DNA of 63,560 nt, filler included, from Pirum gemmata (lineage: Eukaryota): the NCBI GenBank assembly GCA_002812295.1. It is 23 parts of 23 records of this genome, joined end to end, with 100 filler letters (N's around TTAATTAATTAA, not from the genome) between each part and the next. Parts side by side here need not be neighbours in the genome. Positions count along the whole stretch, not along the records: positions 24,964 to 27,633 come from PDIN01005054.1; positions 27,734 to 30,382 come from PDIN01005055.1; positions 30,483 to 33,183 come from PDIN01005056.1; positions 33,284 to 35,932 come from PDIN01005057.1; positions 36,033 to 38,714 come from PDIN01005058.1; positions 38,815 to 41,513 come from PDIN01005059.1; 17 more parts are not named here. One strand, 5' to 3'. Position numbers and translations under genes: made by a program. The notes beneath the pieces were generated by a model. That model was not told the DNA's origin, ran no database searches, and worked only from the letters and a program-made list of their open reading frames with translations. Position 1 is the first letter of the stretch; each line of letters opens with the position of its first letter. Shown here piece after piece: positions 27,074-39,539 of the stretch.

Positions 27074-27305
27074 CAGATGCGGGAAAACCATCGAATCGAG
27101 ACTACTTCGAAATTTTCGAAATTTTTCGATCTAATTTAAAAGTATTGACTCACTTTTGATTTCATTAAAAAATTCTTAAGAATTCTTAGAAATTTCATAG
27201 AAAAAACTTGAAACCCGAAAAAAAAAGATTATCATTTCAAAATTATCACTATTAATAATTAGGATCGAGCTGTTTGATTCGATTATGTTTTCCCGTATCC
27301 CCCTG
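27074..27305 (+). mobile_element. MITE family E (~230 bp, imperfect TIR GATGCGGGAAAAC..TCGAATC)
   Basis: The ends are inverted (gatgcgggaaaaccatcgaatc / gattcgattatgttttcccgtatc). A second copy lies in reverse at ~60163-60403. Confidence 0.75.
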
Positions 27306-28949
27306 TATGTATATTTGTTTTGTTTTTTTCTTTACGTTTTTACTTTTTTTTTTTACTATGCAACAAATTTTAGTATTTATTTTTCCAAAAAATGCCATAG
27401 ACTCTGTAAAAGAATAATGTATAACCTAAAATAGCATTTATTGTGACCAAAAGCAAATCAGTTGAAAGTATTGAAATTAACTTAGCGATTGCATTTTTCC
27501 GCAGTGATTATTTGGTGGTTGGTGGTTGGTGGTTGGTGGTTGGTGGTTGGTGGTTGGTGGTTCGTGGTTCGTGGTTCGTGGTTCGTGGTTGGTGGTTGGT
27601 GGTTCGTGGTTCGTGGTTCGTGGTTCGTGGTTCNNNNNNNNNNNNNNNNNNNNNNNNNNNNNNNNNNNNNNNNNNNNTTAATTAATTAANNNNNNNNNNN
27701 NNNNNNNNNNNNNNNNNNNNNNNNNNNNNNNNNATTGTTTTATTGTTTTATTGTTTTGTTGTTTTATTGTTTTATTGTTAGGGTATCTGAATCGCTAATT
27801 ATATAAATACACTTTTTAAAAATTTAATAATATAATATAATATCATGATCATTTTCATTATTTTGTTTAATTAATTAATTTACATAACAATAATTATAAA
27901 CAATTTGATTTATTAAAATGTACTTCGAATTCGTTTTTCAGTTTTCATTTTCCTTCTGTTACATAAAGCTGAACTATATAATTATTATACATTTTTTATG
28001 ATATATTAATATTAATTAAATTTTCTACAAATTAAGTTCCACTATGAAGACTACTAAAAGTCTAACAATTAAGAAGGTGTACGTAGTAATTAGGTTTTAT
28101 ATTTTTAAATACAATAATATATTACGCGATTACTGTATTCAAAACACTTGCCCGAACATCTAATGCTATATATGATATAGCTAAGTATAGCTAGTTATTA
28201 TAGTTATTATTATTAGTGCCATTATTCGCACAATTTGTCACATTTGTTGCAAAAAGTGTCTATATATAATTACAAGACTCCCTACCTGTACTGTTATATA
28301 GTTAGAAAATATCCGAATATTCCAATTCATATTGAACATACTTTGAACATTCACATTTGATTCGTCAATACGCTGGGAGTTAGATTGATTTTAGAACTAT
28401 AATTTAATATAATATATTATATAGAAGTACAAGTAATATAATATTAATATATTATATATATAATTACTAAACTGTACATGTAGCTAGAGTTAGGTTATTA
28501 TCTTAATTAAAGTATATAACTGTTATATATTTGGAACCAGAGGCGGGTCTTTCGGATCTTTGATATAATAATACTACACTAATATTATATATATAATATA
28601 ATATATATGTCGCCTTCTGAGGATTGTGCGCGCGCATATATTGCAACGCAGTTGTGTTTTGCACGCGAACAATACTTGCGTATACAAATGCTGATGGGAA
28701 CTTCGAACCCGAGCAAAAAAACTATCAATACCTTGAAAAAGACAGGTATGTTTGGTAATTATTACCACTATGTATATTATATTATTGTATACGTAGGGTT
28801 AAGTTATCTATTTGTTTTAGGTTTAAATATATCTAACAAAAACCACTATGCTACCCTACTGGTATTTAAGTTTTTACAAATAATGCTTTACTAAGAACTT
28901 TTAAGCTATTAAAAACCACTGCAAAATTGGTTTTTTATTTATAATTTAA

Positions 28950-29408
28950 TTAAGCAGGTTTGGCATTCTCACTGGAGCTGGTGGTATATATTATAACACT
29001 CATTATGGATGCTATTATTATTGTAAATACCAAAAATATCCCAAACCACTTTTTACATCTTTTGCTAGTATTTATACAGCACCACTTTCTTGGTTCTGTT
29101 CCTTGAGAAATTTCATCAGAATTTTCATACGAATTTAAGTGTATTATCTCATGTGGAGTTAGCTCAGCGTCATATTCTGTAGAATTCTTCTTCTGTACTT
29201 GTGTTTTATTGTGATTGAGGTAGTGATGGTATTGCTGTTGATGATAGGGATGTGATTGCATTCGTGACTTAAGTTGTAGTTGTGTTTGTAATTGTAGCCA
29301 CTGTGGCTGTGATGGTGGTGGTGGCTGTAGTTGTGGTTGTGACTGCGGTTGTAAATGTGACGACTGAGACTGAGACTGAGACTGTAGTTCTGGTTGTGGT
29401 TGTGGTTG

Positions 29409-29479
<71 letters not shown>

Positions 29480-29588
29480 GTTTCGGATCATCACTTGCTA
29501 GCGTTCTTGATGAGCTAAATTGGGTCAAGTCTTCGGTACTTTCAAATTCGCTAGCAATTACAATGCTATCAACATTATTGCTCTTCAT
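28950..29588 (-). CDS. Single-pass membrane protein with (PE)n/(PQ)n low-complexity linker and C-terminal TM, 212 aa
   Basis: The ORF is complex outside the repeat. KWCC...KKW precedes the TM segment FGIFLVFTIIIASIMSVIIY. Confidence 0.65.
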
Positions 29589-31137
29589 TGTGTATAATTA
29601 TATTATTATTATTAATTTAGAAGAAATAATTTAATATAGTTTCAAAATAGAAAAATATAAAATTTAATTAATACTACAAACTGTAAAAATTAGTTATGCA
29701 GAACTGGTAATAAAGTTTAAAGAAGCAATAAACCCAATTAAATACTCTAGCAAATTCAACGTAATTACGAATAAAATAAATTTAGTAGCAGCAGTAAAGC
29801 ATAATAATTATAATATGATATCATAATATTAATAAAGATACAAGTAAAGGTGTGCAATTCCAAATCAATAATATTATATAACTATATATTTGAGTGTATA
29901 TTAATATATAGACGTTATTATATGAGTATTTACATTCTTAAATGTGGGGGATTTTTCGCACTTTTCAATTATATATAAAACACTAATAAATTAATAAGCA
30001 AATTTTTTGAATTGTGACGTAGGGTTTGGAAGGTGATGTGTTAATTTTTGTGGTATCATAATTTTGAAATAAGAACTATAATATATATGCAAATAATAAA
30101 ATAAAAACAAGAATTTTTATGAAGGAAATAACAGTAGTAAATTTTTCTTTTTAAAAAATGTTTAAAATATCATTTTTAATAATTAATTTTTTAAAATATT
30201 ATTTTAAATTCTAAATTGTTGGAGAAATGCAGCTTTTGTTTGTATTTATAATAAATATTTTTATATTTTGTGTGTGCGTGTGTGTGGTGTGTTCTTTTTT
30301 TTTTTGTTTTTTTGTTTTTTTGTGTGTTTTTTAAGTGTTTTTTATTTTTGTTTTTTTTTTTGTTTTTTTTTTTTTTTTTTTTNNNNNNNNNNNNNNNNNN
30401 NNNNNNNNNNNNNNNNNNNNNNNNNNTTAATTAATTAANNNNNNNNNNNNNNNNNNNNNNNNNNNNNNNNNNNNNNNNNNNNTTATTATTATTATTATTA
30501 TTATTAAACATACATAATATAATATATAAACTAATACTTGTTTTATTAATTAAGGTAAGTAATGATTATTTTAAAAGTATTTAGGGTATAAGAAATAAGT
30601 TTTCAGTTTCAGTTAATTCTGAAATTATTGGCGGGGAAGAACCTTTAGTAGATTTGACATTCAGTTAATGGGAATTATTATTATATTATTATTATTATTA
30701 TTACATTTATTATCAAGTATTCTCCTACTGTGTCCAAAACAGCTGGNNNNNNNNNNNNNNNNNNNNNNNNNNNNNNNNNNNNNNNNNNNNNNNNNNNNNN
30801 NNNNNNNNNNNNNNNNNNNNNNNNNNNNNNNNNNNNNNNNNNNNNNNNNNNNNNNNNNNNNNNNNNNNNNNNNNNNNTTATTGTTATTGTTATTGTTATT
30901 GTTATTGTTATTGTTATTGTTATTGTTATTGTTATTATTACTATTACTTTTATTATTATAATTATTCTAATTAGTCTGAAAAATAGCTTAATTCTTTTAT
31001 ATAATACTAACTGCAAGTCTGTTATTATAAATACCAATAATCAATTATAATTATATAATGTAAAGTTAATTAACAGGTAGAGAATTTATAGGCAAATATC
31101 TAGATGTTTGGAACATCTTGTAACTTTGTTTCGAATT

Positions 31138-33098
31138 TTAAACTGTAGCACACCATACATTGGTTGTAGTAGTTACTTTCGATGCACTATCCGATTTTAA
31201 CCAACAAGTGCCTCCTATATAAGTGTTCCAAGATACTTTGGTGCATTGAGTTTCATTTTTACAAATTTCCACACAATCGTCTGGGTCAGATATGTAATTA
31301 ACATTGCCAAGGTTACCGTCTTCAGAAAAGTCACACCCTAAACATAGCATTATAGATAAGGAATTAAGTAAAAATATTTTTTTAAGGCAATAGCGATATT
31401 AAAGTACTCACTATGGTGATAATATAATAAATTTTAATGTTAAAGTAAAAACAAAAAAATGTATACTACATTAATTAAATATTATTATGAGAAATATGAT
31501 AATAATAATAATAACCTTGAGTCATCAAGCTTGGTACAGTTACTGGTTTAATTTCTTTGTAAGCTGTATATGCTGGGCGTACATTTCTATTCACGTCTAC
31601 AATTCCCCCTATAAATATATATATGAGTGTATGTGTGAGTGTGTGTGTGTAGTATTAAAATGTAAAAAAAATTAAAAAAAAAAACTGAACACATAATATC
31701 AACCCTTTCAACCCTCTAAACATAATAATATATGTATATATATATAGGGTTAGGTATATATTTATAATGATAACAAAAACAACAATAATAGCTTTATATT
31801 AATAAAATACGAAAATAGCCCTTACAATATTCCTCGTTGTACACGCCATCAGGGTAAGGACCGGAACTTCCGCCCCAATTACCCCCAACATCTTGCTGAT
31901 CGTCACAGCAAACTTTCCACCATTCGTCAGAGAACTCAAATATAACAGAGGCACACATAACACCTCCACGAAGAACTGAATTTGCTTGGATTTCATATGT
32001 TAGGTTGTATGTGGCAACCCTTTGTGATTCTAAATCTACGCCAGGTATATTAGCATTCCATGCATCACCCCCATATTCTAATATATTTCGTAACGAGGGA
32101 TGTTATATATTAATTAATTAGCCGTAACAATAACAATAACAATAACAATAACAATAATAACAATAACTAATATTATTTGGTAACAAGGGATGCTACAATA
32201 TATTAATAATAGTGTGATCCGTATTAGTTTAATTAAAAATATTATTTTGAAATTATCATTAAACTTTGTTATTGTTTGTTATTACTATAATTATTTATAC
32301 AATATTTATGGGTATATAATATAATATTACATGTATATATAATATATTATGTAGCATTGCATAGGTCACCCTCATATTCAAATAAATTGATAAAATTTAA
32401 TATTACTAATTAAGATCCGTCTTGGTTTAATCAATAATACAGTTTGTTAAATGTTATTATTATTATTTATACCCAAACCATGAAATCGCTCATCTTAATA
32501 AATGATTGTATTTTAAAACCCCTAACTAGGTATTACAAAATCAATGATATAATTAAATTAAGATTACTATAATATATACTACGATAATTATAAGTTTGAA
32601 ACTTACCTGTCATCATGAGTGGCATAGTAGACAGAGATTCCCATTGGTTGAATAGATTACCAAAAGATATTCCTAAAAAAGGTAAAAAGGTGTCAATACA
32701 TGCATACTCAGACATACTAAATGAAATATTTTAACGTTTACCTAAAACACTTTAATATTATATCAAAACAATACAATGTCTTAACCTACGTTTGAATTTA
32801 CATATTTGTGTATTAAATACCTGTATACACGTTGAGTCCCCAGTAATCCATTAGCGGCATGGCATCGATAGTACCTGAATCAGGTGCATATCCTCCATAG
32901 ATTGTGGCAATTGGTATTGATTCATCATTCTGTCTGATTAGTCCTGCAACATAATTTATTCTTTGGATACAATCATAATGACTCATTCCATCATAAAGTC
33001 CATTATAATTCCATTCGTTACCGATAACCCATGTTACAACAGCCGGATGGTTCTTTACCGCGTTTATTACAGGGACAACAGTCTCCGAAGCTTCATAA
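31138..33098 (-). CDS. Clan GH-A glycoside hydrolase (bacterial GH2-TIM-barrel/GH158-like) with C-terminal PAN/Apple domain; exons 33098-32821, 32672-32607, 32077-31826, 31608-31516, 31337-31138; 5'-partial
   Basis: Spliced translation: ...KNHPAVVTWVIGNEWNYN...WGLNVYTG|ISFGNLF...PLMMT|EYGGDAW...FEFSDEWWK...GPYPDGVYNEEY|WGIVDVNRNVRPAY...Q|GCDF...DDCVEICKNETQCTKVSWNTYIGGTCWLKS...CATV*. All four introns are GT-AG and phase 1 with the frame preserved. The acid/base NE and the nucleophile E are present. Confidence 0.88.
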
Positions 33099-33312
33099 CT
33101 ATTTAAATAAAACAGTAACTTTTAATTTTTTTTGTTGTTTTATTAATTAAACATCACATAAACACTATATAATTATATTATAANNNNNNNNNNNNNNNNN
33201 NNNNNNNNNNNNNNNNNNNNNNNNNNNTTAATTAATTAANNNNNNNNNNNNNNNNNNNNNNNNNNNNNNNNNNNNNNNNNNNNTAATAGTAATAATAGTA
33301 ATAATAGTAATA

Positions 33313-33387
<75 letters not shown>

Positions 33388-33390
<3 letters not shown>

Positions 33391-35064
33391 CAAGTAAATA
33401 GTAATCAGGTCGTTTTAGGCCTCTTGTTAAAACATACTATAATTGATTGTAATACAGCTCTCAACTTATTGCTGACTTCGAAAAATGCGGAGTTTCTATT
33501 ATTAGAAAACCTAACTAAAGTGGATTGTTCTGATGTGGTTCACCATGTGTGCACGAACAATGTTGGTTACGTTTCGCAAAGTTATTATCTCGCAGATGAA
33601 ATTAAAACTTGTAAAAGAGAAATTGCACTTGAAGAGTACCGAATGAAAATTGATTTTGTTGAAGAACATGAACAATTCTGCCTAGATGCAATGCATGAGT
33701 GTGAAAAAGAAATAGCTTTGTTAAAAGAAAAACTTGATAAGTTTGAAAAAATTAAAAATAAAGAAAATCTAAAATCTAGGAAATGTGAACGTTTGGAAAG
33801 ATTTCTTACAGATTACGGTAGTAGTATTAGGATACTAAATATGTCTTACACAATTACAAGTAATGATCACTGCTCTGAGCTAGGTGTACCCGGAGTTTCA
33901 TCTTTTATTGATATTTGGTTCATACACACTTTGTGCAATCTGGAGCATTTCAAATTCAATTGTAATAAAGACCACGAACAAGACATTGATTTATACCCAC
34001 TTTTAGAATTAACTAAACTAAAACATCTTGAAATTAAATGTCATAACTCTTATGTAGACATAGAATCGCTTCGATCATTGACTAATCTTACAAATTTAAA
34101 TTTAAGTAATTGTAAAAATATTTACGATATAAAACCAATTCAATCATTGACTAATCTTACTATCTTAAATTTAAGTAATTGTTCAATTTCGGGGTTTGAA
34201 GCAATTACTGATCTAACACCAATTCAATCGCTGACGAATCTTAGCAATTTAAAGTTATGCAATTGCAAGATGATTACTAATCTAAAACCACTCCAATCAT
34301 TGACTAATCTTACCAATTTAGATTTAAGTTATTGTTATAGTATTACTGATATAAAACCAATTCAATCTTTGGCTAATGTTACAAAATTAATTTTAGATGG
34401 ATGTCCAATTATTGATCTAGAACCAATTCGATCATTAACTAATCTTACCAATTTATATTTTTGGTGTTGTAAAAGTATTACTGATCTAAAACCACTTCAA
34501 TCATTGACTAATCTTAACCATTTGAAACTAAGTGAAAGTATTACTGATCTAAAACCACTTCAATCATTAAGTACTCTTACCATTTTACAATTAAGCGATT
34601 GTAAAAGTTTTGCTGATCTAAAACCAATTCAATCATTGACTAATCTTACCGATTTTAATTTAGAGCATTGTAATAGTATTATTGAACTAAAACCAATTCA
34701 ATCTTTGACTAATCTGACCAAATTAGTTTTAAGGTCTTGTGTTGGTATTACTGATCTAAAACCAATTCAAACATTGACTAATGTTACCAATTTAAGTTTA
34801 TGTAGTTGTAAAAGTATTACTGATCTAAAGCCAATTCAATATTTAACTAATCTGACCAATCTAGATTTACGTTATTGTGTTGGTATTACTGATCTAAAAC
34901 CCATTCAAACATTGACTAATATTGTCTATTTAAGTTTAGATTACTGTTCAAATATTCCAATTCAATTATTGACTAATCTTACCAACTTAGATATATATAA
35001 TTGTGGTGATACTTCTCTAGAACCAATTCATTCATTGATTAATGTAAAGATTACAAAATATTAG
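33388..35064 (+). CDS. Intronless leucine-rich repeat protein (558 aa): possible F-box-like N-terminus, coiled coil, ~15 tandem 23-aa Cys-containing LRRs
   Basis: Repeat consensus ITDLKPIQSLTNLTxLxLxxCxS (69-bp DNA unit). The ATG abuts an (AAT)n tract, so the true start is slightly uncertain. Confidence 0.9.
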
Positions 35065-35177
35065 AAAACAAAGAATATATAATATTAATAATAATAATAA
35101 TAAGCGAACTACTTAATATTTTTCTTATTATTAGTGTTGTTGTTTTTATTGTTATTGTTGTTGATATTATTATATTA

Positions 35178-35219
<42 letters not shown>

Positions 35220-35310
35220 GTTATAAAAAAAGTTTGCTGAACAAACAAAAACAAAATAAATTAATTATAAATTATAATTGAGAAAATAAAGTAAGTGATT
35301 GAATATATAC

Positions 35311-35766
35311 TTTCTTTTTTTCATTCTGCCCGGGAATTCGCCTAGTTCGATTTAATGAAGTACGCTTAACGTTGACAGGAGTTGCTAATGGTGTCGATGA
35401 AGCAGAGGCTATTGTATCAATACCAATTTCATATTGAGCAATAACAGGGCCTGGTATTGGCGTAGCTGAAGCAGAAGCAAAAGAGTCAGTAACGGATTTA
35501 CGTTTATTAGTAACAGGAGTTGATAATGGCGTTGCTGAAGTAGAAGCTATTGTATCACTGTTGTTTTCATTCTCTTTTTTCGACTCTAAAAAGTTGTTGA
35601 TTTTATTTTGGTACGGTTTCAAAAATATAGAAGACATAATCGCTAGGCCAAATGGTGTAAGGTATGGTCTCATCAGTATAAAGTTTGCATAGAACACTAA
35701 AAAAACGAGGCCAGTGAGCATATTTCCAAAAACAATTGCAAAAACCTGGCGTCTATCAACTAGATC
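35311..35766 (-). CDS. TMEM245-like (AI-2E-related) membrane protein, internal exon
   Basis: AG acceptor 35768-67 and GT donor 35310. DLVDRRQVFAIVFGNMLTGLVFLVFYANFILMRPYLTPFGLAIMSSIFLKPYQ resembles the TMEM245 N-terminal 'FL.PLLWA.L.G.FL.PF' motif. Confidence 0.65.
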
Positions 35767-35790
35767 CTTTAATTATAAAAAACAAAATTA

Positions 35791-35824
<34 letters not shown>

Positions 35825-35839
35825 GTAATAATAATAATA

Positions 35840-35875
<36 letters not shown>

Positions 35876-35899
35876 GTAATAATAGTAATAATAGTAATA

Positions 35900-35930
<31 letters not shown>

Positions 35931-36032
35931 TANNNNNNNNNNNNNNNNNNNNNNNNNNNNNNNNNNNNNNNNNNNNTTAATTAATTAANNNNNNNNNNNN
36001 NNNNNNNNNNNNNNNNNNNNNNNNNNNNNNNN

Positions 36033-36065
<33 letters not shown>

Positions 36066-36453
36066 TACCAAAAATGGATTGTCTCAACTTGTCTGCACTT
36101 CATTTCCAAAAAAAAAAAAAAGAGTTCCTAACTATTTAGGAATAGTATCGTAACAACCAATTAAGAAATAACATTCATGTTTAAAGCCTGATTTTTTTTG
36201 AATCCTTGATCGATCGGGTCCGTCGTGCTAAAAATTATTTTGATTCTATCAAATCTATATTTTTATTTACAAACTTGAGAATATCGATATTAAAAACTGT
36301 TCGAAATGCCTATCGATATCGTGGCTCAAATTAGTTCAAATTTCATATCTCAAATTATTTCAAAATAGTTCAAATACTTTCAAAATGCTGTGGTCCGTGG
36401 ACACTCTGTGGACATAATAATGATAATAATAATAATAGCTATAATAATTATTA

Positions 36454-36642
36454 TATCGTGCTTTTCATTTATTTTGTCACTGTAAATATTAATTTGGTGG
36501 GTTATAATATTTAAATTAACATTTTTTTATCAATACATAGATAATAAAATATACGTTGTTAAATTAAATGGTATTATACAGTATTAATTTGGTACTCTTT
36601 ATTGTATATTTTATTATGACAAAATAACTGAAAACCACTATA
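36454..36642 (-). mobile_element. MITE family A copy
   Basis: atcgtgcttttca...tgaaaaccactat. Confidence 0.85.
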
Positions 36643-37120
36643 ATAGACTATAGAGTGACTATAGTCTAATAATATCCTCTGTGTGGTATCCAGCTGGTGG
36701 TAGTCTACCGTATCAATCACCATATCATCACCGCCGTATCGTATCAGCTACTCCCTAGAGAGTCCCTACTGATATGATACTAGTAGTATGATCAGCTGAG
36801 TATATGATATCAGCTATAGTTGATGATCAGGCTATCGGCTATTAAATAATATTATTATAATATACTTGTAGACTTATTATATCGACTATGATATCATATT
36901 GATATCGATATAACTTCACAAACTTGAAGTACAGACTGTACAGTTAAATTCTACTCCTGATGGGGAACTTAGTACCCCAGGGGAACCCTTTTGAAATTCT
37001 TCACAAATATAAGGCAATAGAGGAAAATAGGGCCATATTCTGTGTGTAGGGCCATATACTGCCCATATTCAGTCTGAACTGAATATTTAGCAGAATTTTA
37101 ATTAAAGGTGTATGTATATA

Positions 37121-37311
37121 TTGTGCTTTTTAGTTGTTTTATCATCATAATATATATAATAAAGAGTACCAAATTATTAAAATATAAATCCATTTCATTT
37201 AATTTGGTATATTTTATTATTCATTTATTCATTTAACAATGGCAATTAAAAAATTATAACCAACCAAATAAATAAATGTTCCGAGTGACAAAATAAATGA
37301 AAAGCCCTATA
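37121..37311 (+). mobile_element. MITE family A copy
   Basis: ttgtgctttt...tgaaaagccctat. Confidence 0.8.
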
Positions 37312-37522
37312 GACTATAGCATAATATAATATGTCATTATATATGATATATTATGTGCTATTAATTAATATCTGATATATATTATATATCATTTATAAAT
37401 AAGTAGACCATAGGCCATAAACTACACCCTAGCTACTAGTATTGATATCGATATCAATCGATATCAATACTATTATAATATTAATATCAGATAGTAGTAG
37501 AGAGACTACACCATAATTATGT

Positions 37523-37805
37523 ACCCTAACCCTAACCCTAACCCTAACCCTAACCCTAACCCTAACCCTAACCCTAACCCTAACCCTAACCCTNNNNNNN
37601 NNNNNNNNNNNNNNNNNNNNNNNNNNNNCCTAACCCTAACCCTAACCCTACAAACCCTAACCCTAACCCTAACCCTAACCCTAACCCTAACCCTAACCCT
37701 AGCCCTAACCCTAACCCTAAACCGAACACTACCATGGCCCCTAACCCTAACCCTAGCCCCTGGCCCCTAACCCTAGCCCTAGCTCCTAGCCCTTAACCCT
37801 ACCCT
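37523..37805 (-). repeat. Interstitial (CCCTAA)n array with CCCTAG variants
   Basis: Direct reading. Non-telomeric sequence lies on both sides. Confidence 0.9.
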
Positions 37806-38894
37806 ATTATTTTCAAATAGTATTCTTAAATATTGTCCAGTTTTACTTTATGAAAGGGGGGTGTAATAGTGAAAGGCAGTGAAGGAAAGGGGATTGAAGA
37901 TATCGCAGGAAGATATCAATGTTCAAATCGAAGGTTCGAAACCACAGAATCTATTTTAATATTAGTATCGCTATGATGACATTGATGAGAGGCAGAGTCG
38001 TGTAAACTATTATTTGCATATCGATACATGCATATATGATATCTGATAAAAGTACAAGAGTACAATGTCATGTACAGGAGCTAGCTAGCTGTGATAGTAT
38101 TATCATATTATATTAAATGATATCATATTATTCATATCATAATAATAATATAGTAAATAGTAGTAGAACCCCGGTCCTCTAGTAGCTAGCTAGTCTGCAT
38201 TTTTCAATATCGATATCATAGCTGATATAACTGCTGATATCATACAGTCTTGTTATTATAATATTATTATACACTAGACCGGGTCTATAGACTAGACTAT
38301 TTTAGTAACTGTTATTGTTATAGTATTGGTAGCTAGAGCTGTATTGGTATTAGATATCGATAGTCTACTAGTCTCGAGCGATGGGGAAAATGCGCAAGTT
38401 CACAAAACTGCTGCTGCACAAAACTGCAAGGGCCACCAAAATAGTACCAAAATACAAAAAAAGTGATAAGAGAGATATTTTCTTTTTGGTATGCCCATCA
38501 AGCTGCCTATAGATGAGTCAAATTTTAAAGTAGCCATATTGTTTACAATATTAATTAAAACATAATTATAATACAATATTATTATATTTTTATATCAAAA
38601 TATCACACTATAATATAGTCAATAGCTGTTAAATACTAAAAAATACATATCATATATCATATCATAATATCGATATATATGTATATTATAATATGTAAAG
38701 AAACAAGAAAAACANNNNNNNNNNNNNNNNNNNNNNNNNNNNNNNNNNNNNNNNNNNNTTAATTAATTAANNNNNNNNNNNNNNNNNNNNNNNNNNNNNN
38801 NNNNNNNNNNNNNNACTACTACTACTACTACTAGACTACTAGACTACTAGATTACTACTACTACTACTACTACTACCACTACTACTATTACTAT

Positions 38895-38941
<47 letters not shown>

Positions 38942-39539
38942 TTACTGCTACTACTACTACTGGCAATAATCATAATAAAACAAACAGTAAGGACAATAGT
39001 CTTAAATAATAAAAACCTCTTTTTCAATCAATTGAAGTTTCTCTCTTTCGTATACGTCCATGGTACCAAGTAAATTAAATTAAAATAAAATCAATAAAAA
39101 TTTAAACTAAAACTTCTAATTTTCTTTTCTATAAATTCTTTTTATTCACTTTAGTAGCACTTTAGAATAGAGTTACTTTAGTTTATTAGTGTTTTTGAAC
39201 TATGACATATCTACTATCATGATAGTAGTAGCCTAGCTAGAATACTGCTAGAATCTACTGTTTAGTAGCTAGCTAGCTCTAGCTAGCTAGTGTTACACTT
39301 TTTTTACACATGATAATATTATTAGTCTACACAGACTATTTATTATAGAGGGGGTCAAGGATTGGTGGGCTCAGCTCATAGGTGGATCTAGCACCCCTTC
39401 TTTCGAATTTTATTGTACATTTTGGTTGTTAGAAGGTACATTGACGTCATTAAGTCTTGCATTCATTTTTTTTTTCATTTCAAAGTTAAAATTCAAACCC
39501 ATTTTATATTATACGATATGACATATTCTTTGTTTTCAA

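Noticed and set aside
28607..28894. GC-richer ORF or exon with a GTATGT donor
   Set aside because: Frame ambiguous, no recognisable domain, and no partner exons identified.
36061..36110. Small minus-strand exon that might be the first exon of the TMEM245-like gene
   Set aside because: It lies across a spacer on an unlinked contig, and the phases do not obviously match.
38839..39061. Possible first exon MDVYEREKLQLIEKE / Ser-rich ORF
   Set aside because: Too short to support, and the Ser tract is (AGT)n microsatellite.
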